From a virus (lineage: Duplodnaviria; Heunggongvirae; Uroviricota; Caudoviricetes), in the IMG/VR virus record IMGVR_UViG_2886837984_000001, positions 1 through 64,000 of that record: DNA of 64,000 nucleotides. One strand, given 5' to 3'. The stretch's first letter is position 1. Every line of letters starts with the position of its first letter. A program made the position numbers and the translations under genes. Below are positions 37,632 through 48,046 of the stretch, in pieces. The notes beneath the pieces are model-generated. The model did not search any database. It had not been told where the DNA came from and saw nothing but the letters and a program-made list of their open reading frames with translations.

Positions 37632-38678
37632 ATGAGCTTAAAAGACTTGCAACCGATCGTACCGAAAGCGCACTTGGAAGACTATATTACGACGATCTAC
37701 GGGCCGCCAAAGGTCGGTAAGACGACATTGGCGTTCAATCTTGGAAAAGAGCACTTCGGTTCGACACAAGAGACGTTGATCCTTGGTTTCGAGGACGGGT
37801 TCAAAGCTCTCACGGGTGCGATGGCCGTCTCGATCAAAGATTGGTCGCACTTCCTCGAGTTATCAGAAGAACTGATTGACGAGAAGGAAGACATGCCGTA
37901 CAAGCTTCTTGTGTTAGACACAGCGGACGGGATGAGCAGCATGGCGTCGAAGTACGTCGTCCGACGCGAGAGCAAGGCCGACCAGAAGCGCTACCGCACA
38001 ATCAAAGACATCCCTTGGGGTCGAGGCGGAGAAGCGTTGCGTGTCGAAATCCAAGAGGCGATCGAACGTCTCGCCAAGTTTTACGGGATTTTGATCATCA
38101 CACACGGAAAAGAGAAGAAAATCGAGCCTAAAGTCGGCGCTTCTTACGATACGACGACGCTATCTTTAGATGGCAAGGTATTGGATGTCGTTAAGAACAT
38201 TTCAGACTTCATCGTTTATCTTTCTCCCGAGCGTGAAAAAGGCAAGAACAAAGAGGTCAAGCGGTTCATGTATTTCCGCGACGAGTCGATGTTTGAAGCC
38301 GGATCTCGTTTCGACAAAATCAAGGCGAAAGTGCCTTACGGGGCAAAAAACTTCCTCGACACAGTTAAAGATGCGGTCGAGAACGCCAACAAAGGCATCG
38401 GTTCTGACAACGAGACAGAAGAAGTTGAAGAGTCCGCTCTTCCGACGACAGCGTCCGACACACAAGACCAGCAGGACGACAGCGACGCAAGTGAGGTTGA
38501 AGTAAAAGACGTCAAGACGTTGCGCGCCGAACTCCAAGCGTCGGTCAAAGGACTGACTGCTGATCAGAAAAAATCTCTTCGAAGCTTCATGGTCGAGGAG
38601 ATCGGATCGAGCAAGTTTGCTGAGATTGACCAGATTTCTGAATTAGAGTCTATTCAATCGTTCATCGACGAGTTATAA
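37632..38678 (+). CDS. RecA-like AAA_24-family ATPase, a Sak4-like recombination or replication protein.
   Basis: Walker A GPPKVGKTTLA. Walker B LLVLDTAD. Acidic C-terminus. Confidence 0.6.
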   Translation: MSLKDLQPIVPKAHLEDYITTIYGPPKVGKTTLAFNLGKEHFGSTQETLILGFEDGFKALTGAMAVSIKDWSHFLELSEELIDEKEDMPYKLLVLDTADGMSSMASKYVVRRESKADQKRYRTIKDIPWGRGGEALRVEIQEAIERLAKFYGILIITHGKEKKIEPKVGASYDTTTLSLDGKVLDVVKNISDFIVYLSPEREKGKNKEVKRFMYFRDESMFEAGSRFDKIKAKVPYGAKNFLDTVKDAVENANKGIGSDNETEEVEESALPTTASDTQDQQDDSDASEVEVKDVKTLRAELQASVKGLTADQKKSLRSFMVEEIGSSKFAEIDQISELESIQSFIDEL

Positions 38679-38927
38679 TCAGGTTAAGAAAATAAGAACG
38701 AACGTTCGTGTTGAGGAAAAAATGGCTATAAAACACTATAAATTATAGTTTTTACCCGTCATTTTCCTCAACTAAACCTTTTTACCCAAAAATATCTAAA
38801 GAAAGTCATACAATATTCCTAAATTATCTAGATTATTTGCCAATTAAGAGGTATTATAAATAGGTGATATAAGAATACGTATGCAATCAAAATGTTTTTA
38901 TAATTAAGAAAACGGGGGATTCAACAC

Positions 38928-39278
38928 TTGAACGATACATTCTCAACATCCAACCTACGCAGCACAAGCCCGTTCCAAAGCCTACAACGAGACGCTGTCG
39001 AAGCGAAAGCTCAGATCAGGCACTACAAACAACATGAGAACTTCATTGGAATGGTATTGTCAGATAGCACACTCGAAGAAAAAGTGACACACTTGTTCGT
39101 CAAGAAGGCTTCAAAAGGCCACATTGACAAACTCCTGGATATCATTTCAAAGATGACACATGACGAGATGTACGAGACGTATGTCGAACACATGGAGTAC
39201 GTCGGAGACCTTCCAGGTTTGGCGCGACTGTTTACATACCGAAAGGTGACAACGGATTTCAATTTTGCAAATGGTTGA
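38928..39278 (+). CDS. Hypothetical protein.
   Basis: TTG start with ACGGGGGA upstream. Confidence 0.4.
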   Translation: MNDTFSTSNLRSTSPFQSLQRDAVEAKAQIRHYKQHENFIGMVLSDSTLEEKVTHLFVKKASKGHIDKLLDIISKMTHDEMYETYVEHMEYVGDLPGLARLFTYRKVTTDFNFANG

Positions 39279-39372
39279 AATCCAAAAATATTGTCTGACA
39301 AGCGTGTCGAACGGTGTCGAAAACTTAAGGGGATGACTTGGTCATTCCCTTTCATATTAGGAGCTGAAACGC

Positions 39373-39726
39373 ATGAAAAAACAAATCAAAGGAACGGTGA
39401 TCGGAGTTACACTCGTTATCGCATCGATAGGTTTCACCTATAACTTTAACGAAATCAAAAAGTATAATTCAGAAATAGACGCGGTGGTACATAAAAACGA
39501 CTCATTGACGGCTACACTCGACAAACGAGAGTCAGATCTGGCGCTCACCGAGCTCGAGGTGTCTGAACTAAAACTCGCTCTCGAAGCCGAGATTCAAGAG
39601 AAGGCAGACCTTTCGGAGCAATACAAGCAAACCAAAGACAAGCATAGGCGGTCTGAGGAAGAGGTTAAGTCCTTAAAAAAGACATTGGCATTGTTGAACA
39701 ACGAATTAAAGAGCAAGAGCGAGTAA
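39373..39726 (+). CDS. Hypothetical membrane-anchored coiled-coil protein.
   Basis: TM helix followed by a coiled coil. Confidence 0.55.
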   Translation: MKKQIKGTVIGVTLVIASIGFTYNFNEIKKYNSEIDAVVHKNDSLTATLDKRESDLALTELEVSELKLALEAEIQEKADLSEQYKQTKDKHRRSEEEVKSLKKTLALLNNELKSKSE

Positions 39727-39779
39727 ATCGACTCAAAGCTGAAACGCTTGAACGAGCAAAGAAAGAAGAAGAGAAGTCG

Positions 39780-40157
39780 GTGGCAGCCGTCGCACCAAAG
39801 CAAGAAGCGAAGACGTCACAAAAGACCGAAACTAATCAATCGGCAACTCGTTCAACAATGCAAACCTTTAACGTATCCGCTTACAGTATCAACGCACCGG
39901 ACATGAGCTGGTCGACAGGGACGACAGCGACAGGAACGCAAGTCCAAGAAGGGCGAACGATTGCGACCGACCCAAACGTCATCCCGATGGGGTCTCGTGT
40001 CGAACTGTCGTGTCCTAGCTATCCTAGTGTGAACGGCATCTACGTCGCGGAAGATACGGGTGGGGCAATCAAAGGTTACAAGCTAGACCTATACATACAC
40101 AGCGCTGATAGAGCCGTTGATTTTGGCCGCAGACAGTGTTCAGCACGAATCCTCTAA
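39780..40157 (+). CDS. 3D-domain protein, a cell-wall-binding or lytic-transglycosylase-like fold.
   Basis: RTIATDPNVIPMGSRV...GIYVAEDTGGAIKGYKLDLY matches the 3D-domain signature. GTG start. Confidence 0.55.
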   Translation: MAAVAPKQEAKTSQKTETNQSATRSTMQTFNVSAYSINAPDMSWSTGTTATGTQVQEGRTIATDPNVIPMGSRVELSCPSYPSVNGIYVAEDTGGAIKGYKLDLYIHSADRAVDFGRRQCSARIL

Positions 40158-40185
40158 TCAAAATATTTAAAGTGAGGTCATTGAG

Positions 40186-40782
40186 ATGCCGAAATGTAAG
40201 TGGTGCAAAGAGGAAGTCGCGAAAGAAGAAGCGATGGTGATCGAAAAAGAGACCGGTCAACTGCTTAAAAGTGGGAAACCCAAGGTCTTGCGGAGCTACT
40301 ATCACGAGGATTGCATGGATAAATATCTCGAAGATAAAGAGAAGAAGCTGATCGAACAAGAACAGTTGGATGCTCTTGTTAAGACGATCATTGCTATCCA
40401 TAGTATCCGACCCGAGGATTTCCCTCAGCGCTTCTATGTGGACATTCAGGATATTCGGAACGGATATCGTCGTGGAGATCGCAAGCAAGTGAAGAGTAAG
40501 AGCGGCACACCGTACTATGTCATCGAATCGGCTTATGAGTACGTCAGAAGCAACATCGAGTACGCGAAGCTTCAGAAGAGTTTCGATAGCATATACGGGG
40601 AGATGCGGTATGGTCTGGCAATCATGCGAGACAAGTTGCCGATGATCCGACAACGTGAGCTCGAGCGAATCCGGGCGAAACGTGCAGCCAAGAAGCAGTT
40701 GAAAGAAAAGGTCTTCAGGGACGACCGAGCGAATTATAAAAACAAAAAGTATGAAAACGATATTTCAGATTTTCTAGATTGA
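40186..40782 (+). CDS. Hypothetical protein with an N-terminal Cys/His zinc-binding motif.
   Basis: CKWC...HEDC. 198 aa. Confidence 0.55.
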   Translation: MPKCKWCKEEVAKEEAMVIEKETGQLLKSGKPKVLRSYYHEDCMDKYLEDKEKKLIEQEQLDALVKTIIAIHSIRPEDFPQRFYVDIQDIRNGYRRGDRKQVKSKSGTPYYVIESAYEYVRSNIEYAKLQKSFDSIYGEMRYGLAIMRDKLPMIRQRELERIRAKRAAKKQLKEKVFRDDRANYKNKKYENDISDFLD

Positions 40783-40800
40783 CAAAGGTGGGGTACTTGA

Positions 40801-42318
40801 ATGGATCACAAGAAACGGATCAAAGAAAAAGCGGAGATCGAAGAGGCATACCTGGTGGCGTCATTATACCGTCACCCGGATCACTTCTCGACCTTTACGG
40901 CAGCAGAACTGAACGAAGAGATGTTTCTACATCCTTCATGGCGCTTCTATTTCAGTCTAGCGAGACAGATCTTCAACGACGGCGTCCGCAAGTTTGATGA
41001 CGTCATGGTCTTAAAGAAAGTGAAAGAATACGGCGCGTCATCAGACTTCGACGAGTACGGCGGATTCGCACCGATCCAACAGATCTTCAACTCTGTCGAT
41101 GTCGAGCTCGAGAACTTCGATGATTATAAGACGGGTATCCGTTGGAACCACACGATGAAAGAGACGTCAAAGATTCTCGGAAGTAAGGTGTTCGAGAAGG
41201 ACGGCAAGTACGACCCGTACAAGATGAAAGCCAACCAAGTCACGCTCTACTGGCAAGACAAACTGAACAAGTTGACGATGATGGCCTCAGAGAACATCTA
41301 TGAATCAGAGAAGTTGATCGTCGACGCCGAGGTGTATATCGAAGAGATCGAGAAACAGGCAGAGGGAATGTTGCCGTTCTATAACTCAGACCTCACGAAC
41401 AAAGCGGTCGGTGGATGGGCGAGAGGAAACGTGTATATGTTCGGGGGATACGGAAACACCGGAAAGACATCGATTTCGGTCGAGAAACTGGTGCTCGGTT
41501 GTGTTGACAAAAAAGAACAGCTCGTCATCTTGGCAAACGAAGAGGCGGGTAAGTCGTGGCGAGACAAGATCTACAAACACATCATCTTCAAGAAGTTGAA
41601 AGAGACGAAATTCGACACGAAGAAGCTGACACGAGGCGGTCTGACAGAAGAAGAACGTCAGATCATTCGTGCTGCGACGGACGAATTGAGAGCGTTGGTG
41701 GACGGAGACGAGTCATTGATTCAGATCGTCTATCTTCAAAACTATATCGTCGAAGACGTGAAGACGCTCATCAAGCATTATGCGGCTCGTGGGTGTATCA
41801 ACTTCCTGATCGACACGCACAAGGTGAGCGACGAGAAGACAGGCGAGCAACGTTATGCACAGTTCGTCGAAGACACGAAACAATACTACAAGATCGCTCG
41901 CAAGGATGCCGGTGGTCTCAACCTACGTGTCATGCTGAACTTCCAGGTGGCCGAACATACGAAAGGTCGTCGCTACATGGATAACGACTGCATCGGTGAA
42001 GGTAAGGCAGCCAAAGATGAAGCGGCGGTCGTGATGATGTTCCGTAACACGTTCGATGACGAGCTAGAGGGTGGCAAGACAGAGCTCACTTGCTGGAAAT
42101 GGAAGAAGGACGAAATCAACGGCGGTTTCTATAAGAAAGAGTTTAAACTCGACAAGAGTCACCACTACAAACTTCTGTTCGTCACAAAGAACCGTTTCGG
42201 AGCAACGAATGACGGTGGGCAAGAAGTGATCGTGCTTCGCTCAAACTTTGATGCCAACTCGTTTTGGGAGTGCGGTTATACACACGTTCCTAAAAACGCA
42301 GACGGCTATCGTCGCTGA
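40801..42318 (+). CDS. dnaB: Replicative DNA helicase, DnaB-like SF4.
   Basis: DnaB-like N-terminal domain. Walker A GYGNTGKTS. ILANEEAG. FLIDTHKV. Confidence 0.8.
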   Translation: MDHKKRIKEKAEIEEAYLVASLYRHPDHFSTFTAAELNEEMFLHPSWRFYFSLARQIFNDGVRKFDDVMVLKKVKEYGASSDFDEYGGFAPIQQIFNSVDVELENFDDYKTGIRWNHTMKETSKILGSKVFEKDGKYDPYKMKANQVTLYWQDKLNKLTMMASENIYESEKLIVDAEVYIEEIEKQAEGMLPFYNSDLTNKAVGGWARGNVYMFGGYGNTGKTSISVEKLVLGCVDKKEQLVILANEEAGKSWRDKIYKHIIFKKLKETKFDTKKLTRGGLTEEERQIIRAATDELRALVDGDESLIQIVYLQNYIVEDVKTLIKHYAARGCINFLIDTHKVSDEKTGEQRYAQFVEDTKQYYKIARKDAGGLNLRVMLNFQVAEHTKGRRYMDNDCIGEGKAAKDEAAVVMMFRNTFDDELEGGKTELTCWKWKKDEINGGFYKKEFKLDKSHHYKLLFVTKNRFGATNDGGQEVIVLRSNFDANSFWECGYTHVPKNADGYRR

Positions 42319-42330
42319 CGAGGTGATGAC

Positions 42331-43389
42331 ATGGACTATCGTTCGGTAAAACAATACATATTCGACAACGAGTTGATCGAGAACGTGTTAGAAGGACTGG
42401 AATGCGAACACATCCGACCAGAACAGGGAGGACAGCTATTCGTAGCTAGGCTCCCTGAACGGTTCGGCTCAAAGAACCGGCGAGCGGTGCAAATACGAAA
42501 CGTCGTCGGGTTGTATGCGAACGTCCGAAACCGAAACCTTAAAGGCGACATCTTTCAACTGGTGGCCGCCTTACGGTTCGACGATTGGGATGGCAGTTCG
42601 GAAGGCTTGTCTAGCGCAATCAGATGGCTCTCAGAACGATTCGGTATCGTCGACGGTATCGAGATGTCGGATAAGCGCGTCAAGAACGACTGGCTCAAAC
42701 AACTTGGCTCGAGCCGCAAAATCCACGAAAACGACAAGCTACCGTTGCACATCATGAACCAATATGTGATGAAACCGAACAAATGGTGGATCGACGAGGG
42801 AATCTCGTACAAGACGCAAGTCGAGTTCGATGTCGGCTTCGATCTCGAGAGCAGACGCATCATCTTCCCGGTTCATAACGAGCAGGGAGATTTGATCGGT
42901 GTGAAAGGCCGTCTCGTCCACTACGAGCGAGAAGAGGATAAGCAGTTCAAATATCTCTACCTTCACGCCTGTAACAAGTCGATCGAATGGTTTAACCTTC
43001 ATCGGGCGTTGCCGTTCATCGAGGAGAAGAGACGGGTCATCATCTTCGAGGGTGCGAAATCTTGTATGTCGGCTTGGTCTTCGGGGATTAAGTATACGGT
43101 GTCGATCGAAGGGGATTCGGTAACAGACGCACAGGTCAAGAAGCTTCAGAAACTACCACTTGATACCGAGTTCATCGTTGCGATGGACAAGGACAAGGAC
43201 GAAGAGTATGTCAGGGGAATCGCAGCACAGCTAGGAATGCGGAAGATCAGTTATGTAATGGACGACAATGGGTTGCTTGGCAAGCCGGAAGACAAGACCT
43301 CTCCGATGGACAAAGGGTGGGACGTCTTACGGACACTATTAAAAGAACGGAAGACGTATCGAAAATCAATCACATCCAAAGGAGCTTAA
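42331..43389 (+). CDS. DNA primase, DnaG-like TOPRIM catalytic core.
   Basis: TOPRIM glutamate in IIFEGAKSCM. DxD in VAMDKDKDEE. It sits directly downstream of the helicase. Confidence 0.7.
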   Translation: MDYRSVKQYIFDNELIENVLEGLECEHIRPEQGGQLFVARLPERFGSKNRRAVQIRNVVGLYANVRNRNLKGDIFQLVAALRFDDWDGSSEGLSSAIRWLSERFGIVDGIEMSDKRVKNDWLKQLGSSRKIHENDKLPLHIMNQYVMKPNKWWIDEGISYKTQVEFDVGFDLESRRIIFPVHNEQGDLIGVKGRLVHYEREEDKQFKYLYLHACNKSIEWFNLHRALPFIEEKRRVIIFEGAKSCMSAWSSGIKYTVSIEGDSVTDAQVKKLQKLPLDTEFIVAMDKDKDEEYVRGIAAQLGMRKISYVMDDNGLLGKPEDKTSPMDKGWDVLRTLLKERKTYRKSITSKGA

Positions 43390-43393
43390 TACT

Positions 43394-43717
43394 ATGAAAC
43401 TCAGCAAACAAGAACAGGCATACGCACTAGCGTTGATCGAAGAATACGGGGCGACGTTCGACTTTTACTATCGGGTGGACTGCAATTTAGAAGAGCATCA
43501 TCGACGATTCGACGAGGCGACAAGAAAAGTGAAGCTGATGGACGCGATCAACGACGGTGTAAGGTTTGAGTTAGCTGAGAAGTTTAAGCAAAACTTAGAT
43601 GAGAATGAAGAAGTACATACATATACAGAAGACGAGATGGCGAAAGCATATGCTGAAATGGGCAGTCTCGAGCAAACAGAAGATCAATTATGGGGAGCGG
43701 TGTCGGTTGAAAACTGA
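43394..43717 (+). CDS. Hypothetical protein.
   Basis: 107-aa ORF. Confidence 0.5.
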   Translation: MKLSKQEQAYALALIEEYGATFDFYYRVDCNLEEHHRRFDEATRKVKLMDAINDGVRFELAEKFKQNLDENEEVHTYTEDEMAKAYAEMGSLEQTEDQLWGAVSVEN

Positions 43718-45284
43718 ACTGGCTAAAAAGATTTTGGAGAAACGGGGTGTCGATGAGTCGTTCTTCGTCTATGACGAGAGCGATATCCTCGACCCTTATT
43801 CTCTTTTAAACATCAAAAAGGTATGTAAACGCATCTTGGATGCAATCAAGAAGGGCGAAAACATCGGGATTTCTGCCGATATCGACCCGGACGGGGTGAC
43901 GAGCGCGGTTTCGATGCGAAAAATCCTCATCCGTCACGGTCATCCGCCTAATAAAATCAGGATTTTAACACACGATCGGTCGCTCGGACACGGTGTAAAA
44001 CACCAAATGGAGTCCGCTTTTGACTTCTCAGAGCTCTTAATCATCGTGGATTCGTCTTCTAACGACGAGTTTGAGTGTGAGGAGCTGGCCGATTGGATGG
44101 ATGTCATCATCCTTGACCACCATGAGATTGAGAACAATAACGAGTTCGCGACCATCGTCAACCCGATGCAACGGAAATGCGGCTACACCAACAAACGTGT
44201 GAGCGCAGCGACCATCGTGTACCATGTCGCTCAGGTGCTCGACGATATGCAGGAGACATACTTTGCGGACGAGATCATCGATATGGTCGCGCTTGGCATG
44301 GTGGCCGACGTCGTTTCAGTCAAAAAGAAGAGTAATCGTGCATTAATATACAAAGGATTGAATAATATTACAAACATTGGGCTTGAAGCGCTCGTGAAAC
44401 TGAAGAATCAGTTCACCGAACAGCTCAAGACGAGCGATTTTGCTTTCAACGTCATCCCGACGGTCAACTCGGCCTTGCGATTTAACGATCAGGACTTGGT
44501 GTATGAGCTCTTTACGACGGAAGACGAGTACGAGGCGAAAAAGATTGCGAAAGAACTGAATGACCGTAAAGAGGCGCGTCGAGCAGAGGTTCAGGCGTTC
44601 GTCGAATCGACATCGATCATCGTCAACAGCAATGTCGTGGTCGGTTATCTCGAGAACAACAACGGAAACAGTTCGATGAACGGTCTCGTGGCTCAGAAAT
44701 TAGCCTCAGAATACAGCAAGCCGGCCATGATCCTCAACCCTAGTCATATCGAAGGGAAGCTTGGTGGGTCACTCAGAGCGCCAGGAGACTTCGATTTACG
44801 GTCATACTTGGCTGACAGCGGACTATTCGACTATGTGTTAGGCCATGCGAGCGCTGCCGGGTTCCGAATGAATAGCGAACTGGTTGATGATTTACGTGAT
44901 TATATCGAGACGAACGAGATCGAATTCGAGGTCAGAGAGGCGTATGACGTCGAGGTGGAAACACTTGTCTCGGCAGAACTGACGGACATTGAGGAGATCA
45001 ACCGGATCACGGGTGCTGGATTCGACTCGGTGACGGTGAAGTATACAGGGTACGTCGACAAAGCTGAGACGATCGGCAAGACGGGAGATCATCTCGCGTT
45101 CATGGTCGATGACATCAAGGTGATGAAGTTTTATGTAAAAGATGACGACCCGATTCGCTCAATCAAGAAGGGTGACACGATTTCAGTGCTCGGTATCCCG
45201 TCCATTAATTCGTGGTACAACTTCCAGAAGCGTGAAAAAGTCTACACGAACCAGATTCTAGCCGAAAAGGTGGTTAAGGTATGA
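43707..45284 (+). CDS. recJ: RecJ-like ssDNA exonuclease with DHH and DHHA1 domains.
   Basis: DIDPDGVTS. ILDHHE. The DHHA1 region is GGSLRAPGDFD...GHASAAGF. The start is uncertain. TTG at 43707 is proposed, since it overlaps the upstream gene end. Confidence 0.7.
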   Translation: MKTELAKKILEKRGVDESFFVYDESDILDPYSLLNIKKVCKRILDAIKKGENIGISADIDPDGVTSAVSMRKILIRHGHPPNKIRILTHDRSLGHGVKHQMESAFDFSELLIIVDSSSNDEFECEELADWMDVIILDHHEIENNNEFATIVNPMQRKCGYTNKRVSAATIVYHVAQVLDDMQETYFADEIIDMVALGMVADVVSVKKKSNRALIYKGLNNITNIGLEALVKLKNQFTEQLKTSDFAFNVIPTVNSALRFNDQDLVYELFTTEDEYEAKKIAKELNDRKEARRAEVQAFVESTSIIVNSNVVVGYLENNNGNSSMNGLVAQKLASEYSKPAMILNPSHIEGKLGGSLRAPGDFDLRSYLADSGLFDYVLGHASAAGFRMNSELVDDLRDYIETNEIEFEVREAYDVEVETLVSAELTDIEEINRITGAGFDSVTVKYTGYVDKAETIGKTGDHLAFMVDDIKVMKFYVKDDDPIRSIKKGDTISVLGIPSINSWYNFQKREKVYTNQILAEKVVKV

Positions 45285-45784
45285 GTGACGACAAGGTATT
45301 GAAGTGGGACAAGACATGGATGAACTTTGCTATCGATATGGCTGATACACATTCGAAATGCGCTTCTCATCGAGTGGCATGTGTGCTAGTCAAAGACGAT
45401 AAGCCGATCTCGATCGGTGTGAACGGGACGATCCCAGGCGCTACGAACTGCAACGAAATCTTCTCAAAAGTGGACGGTGTTTGGCATACGAAGGTCACGA
45501 TGACGGATGACTTATATCGCTGCGATGATCAACTGGCGCACCACAAATGGTCAAAAGAGAACGAGATTCACGCAGAAATCAACGCTTTGGCAAAGGTAGC
45601 GAAGTCGCATGAAAGTTGTGACGGGGCGACGGCCTACGTGACGCTGAGTCCATGTCGGTCGTGCGCGCTTGCGATGATCGCGTCGGGGATCAAGCGGGTC
45701 GTGTATCTGAATACATATGATAAGAGCGATAGTTTCGAACTTTTCCGTCAAGCAGGGGTCGAACTGAAAAAGTTAAATATCTAA
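45281..45784 (+). CDS. dCMP deaminase, zinc-dependent.
   Basis: HAEINAL and SPCRSCA zinc-binding motifs. Confidence 0.85.
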   Translation: MSDDKVLKWDKTWMNFAIDMADTHSKCASHRVACVLVKDDKPISIGVNGTIPGATNCNEIFSKVDGVWHTKVTMTDDLYRCDDQLAHHKWSKENEIHAEINALAKVAKSHESCDGATAYVTLSPCRSCALAMIASGIKRVVYLNTYDKSDSFELFRQAGVELKKLNI

Positions 45785-45886
45785 TTAAAAAAGTATTGTG
45801 TTATGTATTGCGAAGTGCTATTCTTGGATTAGGGAGTTAATTCCCAACAAGGATGGCACTTTTTTAAATCGAAAGGATGGAAGAAG

Positions 45887-46423
45887 ATGAAGATTGAGAA
45901 CTTAGACGAAGAGCTTAACAAGCTGACAGTAGGAGCTTTTGATTATGCCGATGAAATCAAAAGACTGTATGACTACGTAAAAAATGAAGAAGAAGCCGTT
46001 AACAAAAAGATGAGCGCTGTAGATTTAATTAGAGAAGACTTGTTACATATCTTAGAGTTCGAACCGCTCAATGCGCCGGGCAGAAGTCAGGTGTCTACAG
46101 CACTACATAAAGCATCTGTGAAGCGACGAGAAATCAAGAACAGACGCGACTTACTAAGACGTATCTCTAACCATTTGAGACCTCTTGAAAACCCTTTGAA
46201 AACAGCACTCCCACATGTTGAGAAGATTTTTGGTCGGCAAGCTAAAGCAATCGAAGATTCGACTTACACGCTACGCTATCTTAAGGTGTCTAATGTGAAA
46301 AATAAATCAATCCACAATGTCGAAGATCTTCCGGAGAACAAGGCCGACAGCTTTTACAATCGCTACAAGGGTCGTCACCATATGGACAACGCAAACGCGT
46401 TCAAGGAGGTTGTTTCGAAATGA
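45887..46423 (+). CDS. Hypothetical protein.
   Basis: 178-aa ORF with GGATGGAAGAAG upstream. Confidence 0.55.
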   Translation: MKIENLDEELNKLTVGAFDYADEIKRLYDYVKNEEEAVNKKMSAVDLIREDLLHILEFEPLNAPGRSQVSTALHKASVKRREIKNRRDLLRRISNHLRPLENPLKTALPHVEKIFGRQAKAIEDSTYTLRYLKVSNVKNKSIHNVEDLPENKADSFYNRYKGRHHMDNANAFKEVVSK

Positions 46424-46791
46424 TTTCAACAAATCCAGACGTAAACGTACATATCGATACAGCTCTAGCTAAACCAGGAATGAGACGAGTCGAGAAGCTT
46501 CGCAAGATGTTGGACTCTTACTACGAAGGCAATATGATTGACTTGTCGGAGTATACGGAAGAGATTGAAGAGCTGATGGACGCATACATAGATTCGATTG
46601 GTCAGCTAGAAGACAAGAAGGAATTGACTGTCGTATTGACGTCTGTGGAAGCGGACGACGAAGCGAAAGGGTTTTACTTTGGAATGAAGTACAAGGCCAA
46701 AGACCTCAACAATGGCTATTACACGCTTTACGCCAAAGATGGCAGCAAGGCTCACTTCAGCAAGAACCAAATCCGTCGGGTGTTACGTTAA
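46420..46791 (+). CDS. Hypothetical protein.
   Basis: Coupled ORF. Confidence 0.55.
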   Translation: MISTNPDVNVHIDTALAKPGMRRVEKLRKMLDSYYEGNMIDLSEYTEEIEELMDAYIDSIGQLEDKKELTVVLTSVEADDEAKGFYFGMKYKAKDLNNGYYTLYAKDGSKAHFSKNQIRRVLR

Positions 46792-46792
46792 T

Positions 46793-47005
46793 ATGGGACG
46801 GATCAGAATCTCAGGATTCGAGTCGCAGTACAAGTTTACGCGACGTGTGATGGAGATGAAAGAGCGAGGATATAAACTCGTTGACATGGGCGCTGAGGTC
46901 GTGTCGATGCACATGGATACATATAACTACAACGGAACCAAGATCATGCGAGAAGGAAAAGGGTCTAAGAAACATTGGGCGGTAATGGAGCGTGTTGAAG
47001 CTTAA
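46793..47005 (+). CDS. Hypothetical small protein.
   Basis: The ATG lies 2 nt after the upstream stop. The start in the ORF track is an upstream alternative. Confidence 0.45.
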   Translation: MGRIRISGFESQYKFTRRVMEMKERGYKLVDMGAEVVSMHMDTYNYNGTKIMREGKGSKKHWAVMERVEA

Positions 47006-47047
47006 ATCTAAATAAAAAAGTATTTTAATTAAAAGGGGTAGATTGAG

Positions 47048-47689
47048 ATGATCACAGCGTTTAAGACAAACATTCTTTCAAGTACATATCCTACGCTAAA
47101 GAAATTCAACAAAAAGCAGCAATCTCGCAAAGACCTTCGTATGGGAGACGTCGTAGAAACGGATTATGGCGTCGGAATTGTGACGAATGTTGACAAGGAC
47201 TCATATAATGTGGCTGTCAAGCCGACGCAAGATAGATATGGGTGGGAGAGCCAGTATTGTGTGGCGAAAGATTCGGTGATGCTCAGTGACGTCTCGATCG
47301 ATCCTAAAAGCAAGCTGCATCGCGGGGCGTGGATGATCATCGAAGATAGTGCGAAATACATGAATCAGAAATATGAGATCGAAAAAGGTAAAGCGGTCTT
47401 CTTAGGCTTGGAATGGAAGATCGAAGCAAAACGTGAGGAGCGTCTGAGCAGACCGGGGGCTTGGGGTCAAAAGCCATATCGTCGCTATACAGGCGTCAAT
47501 CCAAAGGGACAGAGCTTCGATTTCGAGTTGTGCGTGGCTTCCGGTACATATTTCGGATATGCAGACAAAGTGATGTACGCCCTCGGGTTGAATGACGGTT
47601 ATATCTCCCATCTGGACGGTACAGGATGGGTGGTACGTCGACAAATCGTTGATCACGACGTAAATCATGGGTTGTGTATCAACATCTAA
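47048..47689 (+). CDS. Hypothetical protein.
   Basis: RBS AAAAGGGGTAGATTGAG. Confidence 0.6.
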   Translation: MITAFKTNILSSTYPTLKKFNKKQQSRKDLRMGDVVETDYGVGIVTNVDKDSYNVAVKPTQDRYGWESQYCVAKDSVMLSDVSIDPKSKLHRGAWMIIEDSAKYMNQKYEIEKGKAVFLGLEWKIEAKREERLSRPGAWGQKPYRRYTGVNPKGQSFDFELCVASGTYFGYADKVMYALGLNDGYISHLDGTGWVVRRQIVDHDVNHGLCINI

Positions 47690-47730
47690 TAAAAGGATAG
47701 TTTTAAAAGACAGGGAAACGAGGAGATTAA

Positions 47731-48036
47731 ATGGTTTCTAATGTAGAAATTAAGCATACAGACGGAGCGAAATATCATTTTGGAATCGGGCAGTCTGCCG
47801 TCGGTTTGATGATTATGTGGATCAAAATCACCCCAAAAGGGAAGCGGAAATCTCTAGATGTAGGAGATCAAATCACTAACGATTGGAGATATCGGCAACT
47901 AGATAGCGCCGAAAGAGCAACATATCTTAATGAAAAGGTCTTGGAGATTGTACCAAAAGATGTCATTGAAGAAGCGCTCTTAAAAACTTGGGAAGAGATG
48001 AAGCCGAATGAGATTAAATTTTCAGGCGGGTTTTAA
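47731..48036 (+). CDS. Hypothetical protein.
   Basis: RBS AACGAGGAG. Confidence 0.55.
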   Translation: MVSNVEIKHTDGAKYHFGIGQSAVGLMIMWIKITPKGKRKSLDVGDQITNDWRYRQLDSAERATYLNEKVLEIVPKDVIEEALLKTWEEMKPNEIKFSGGF

Positions 48037-48046
48037 GGAGGAGAAA

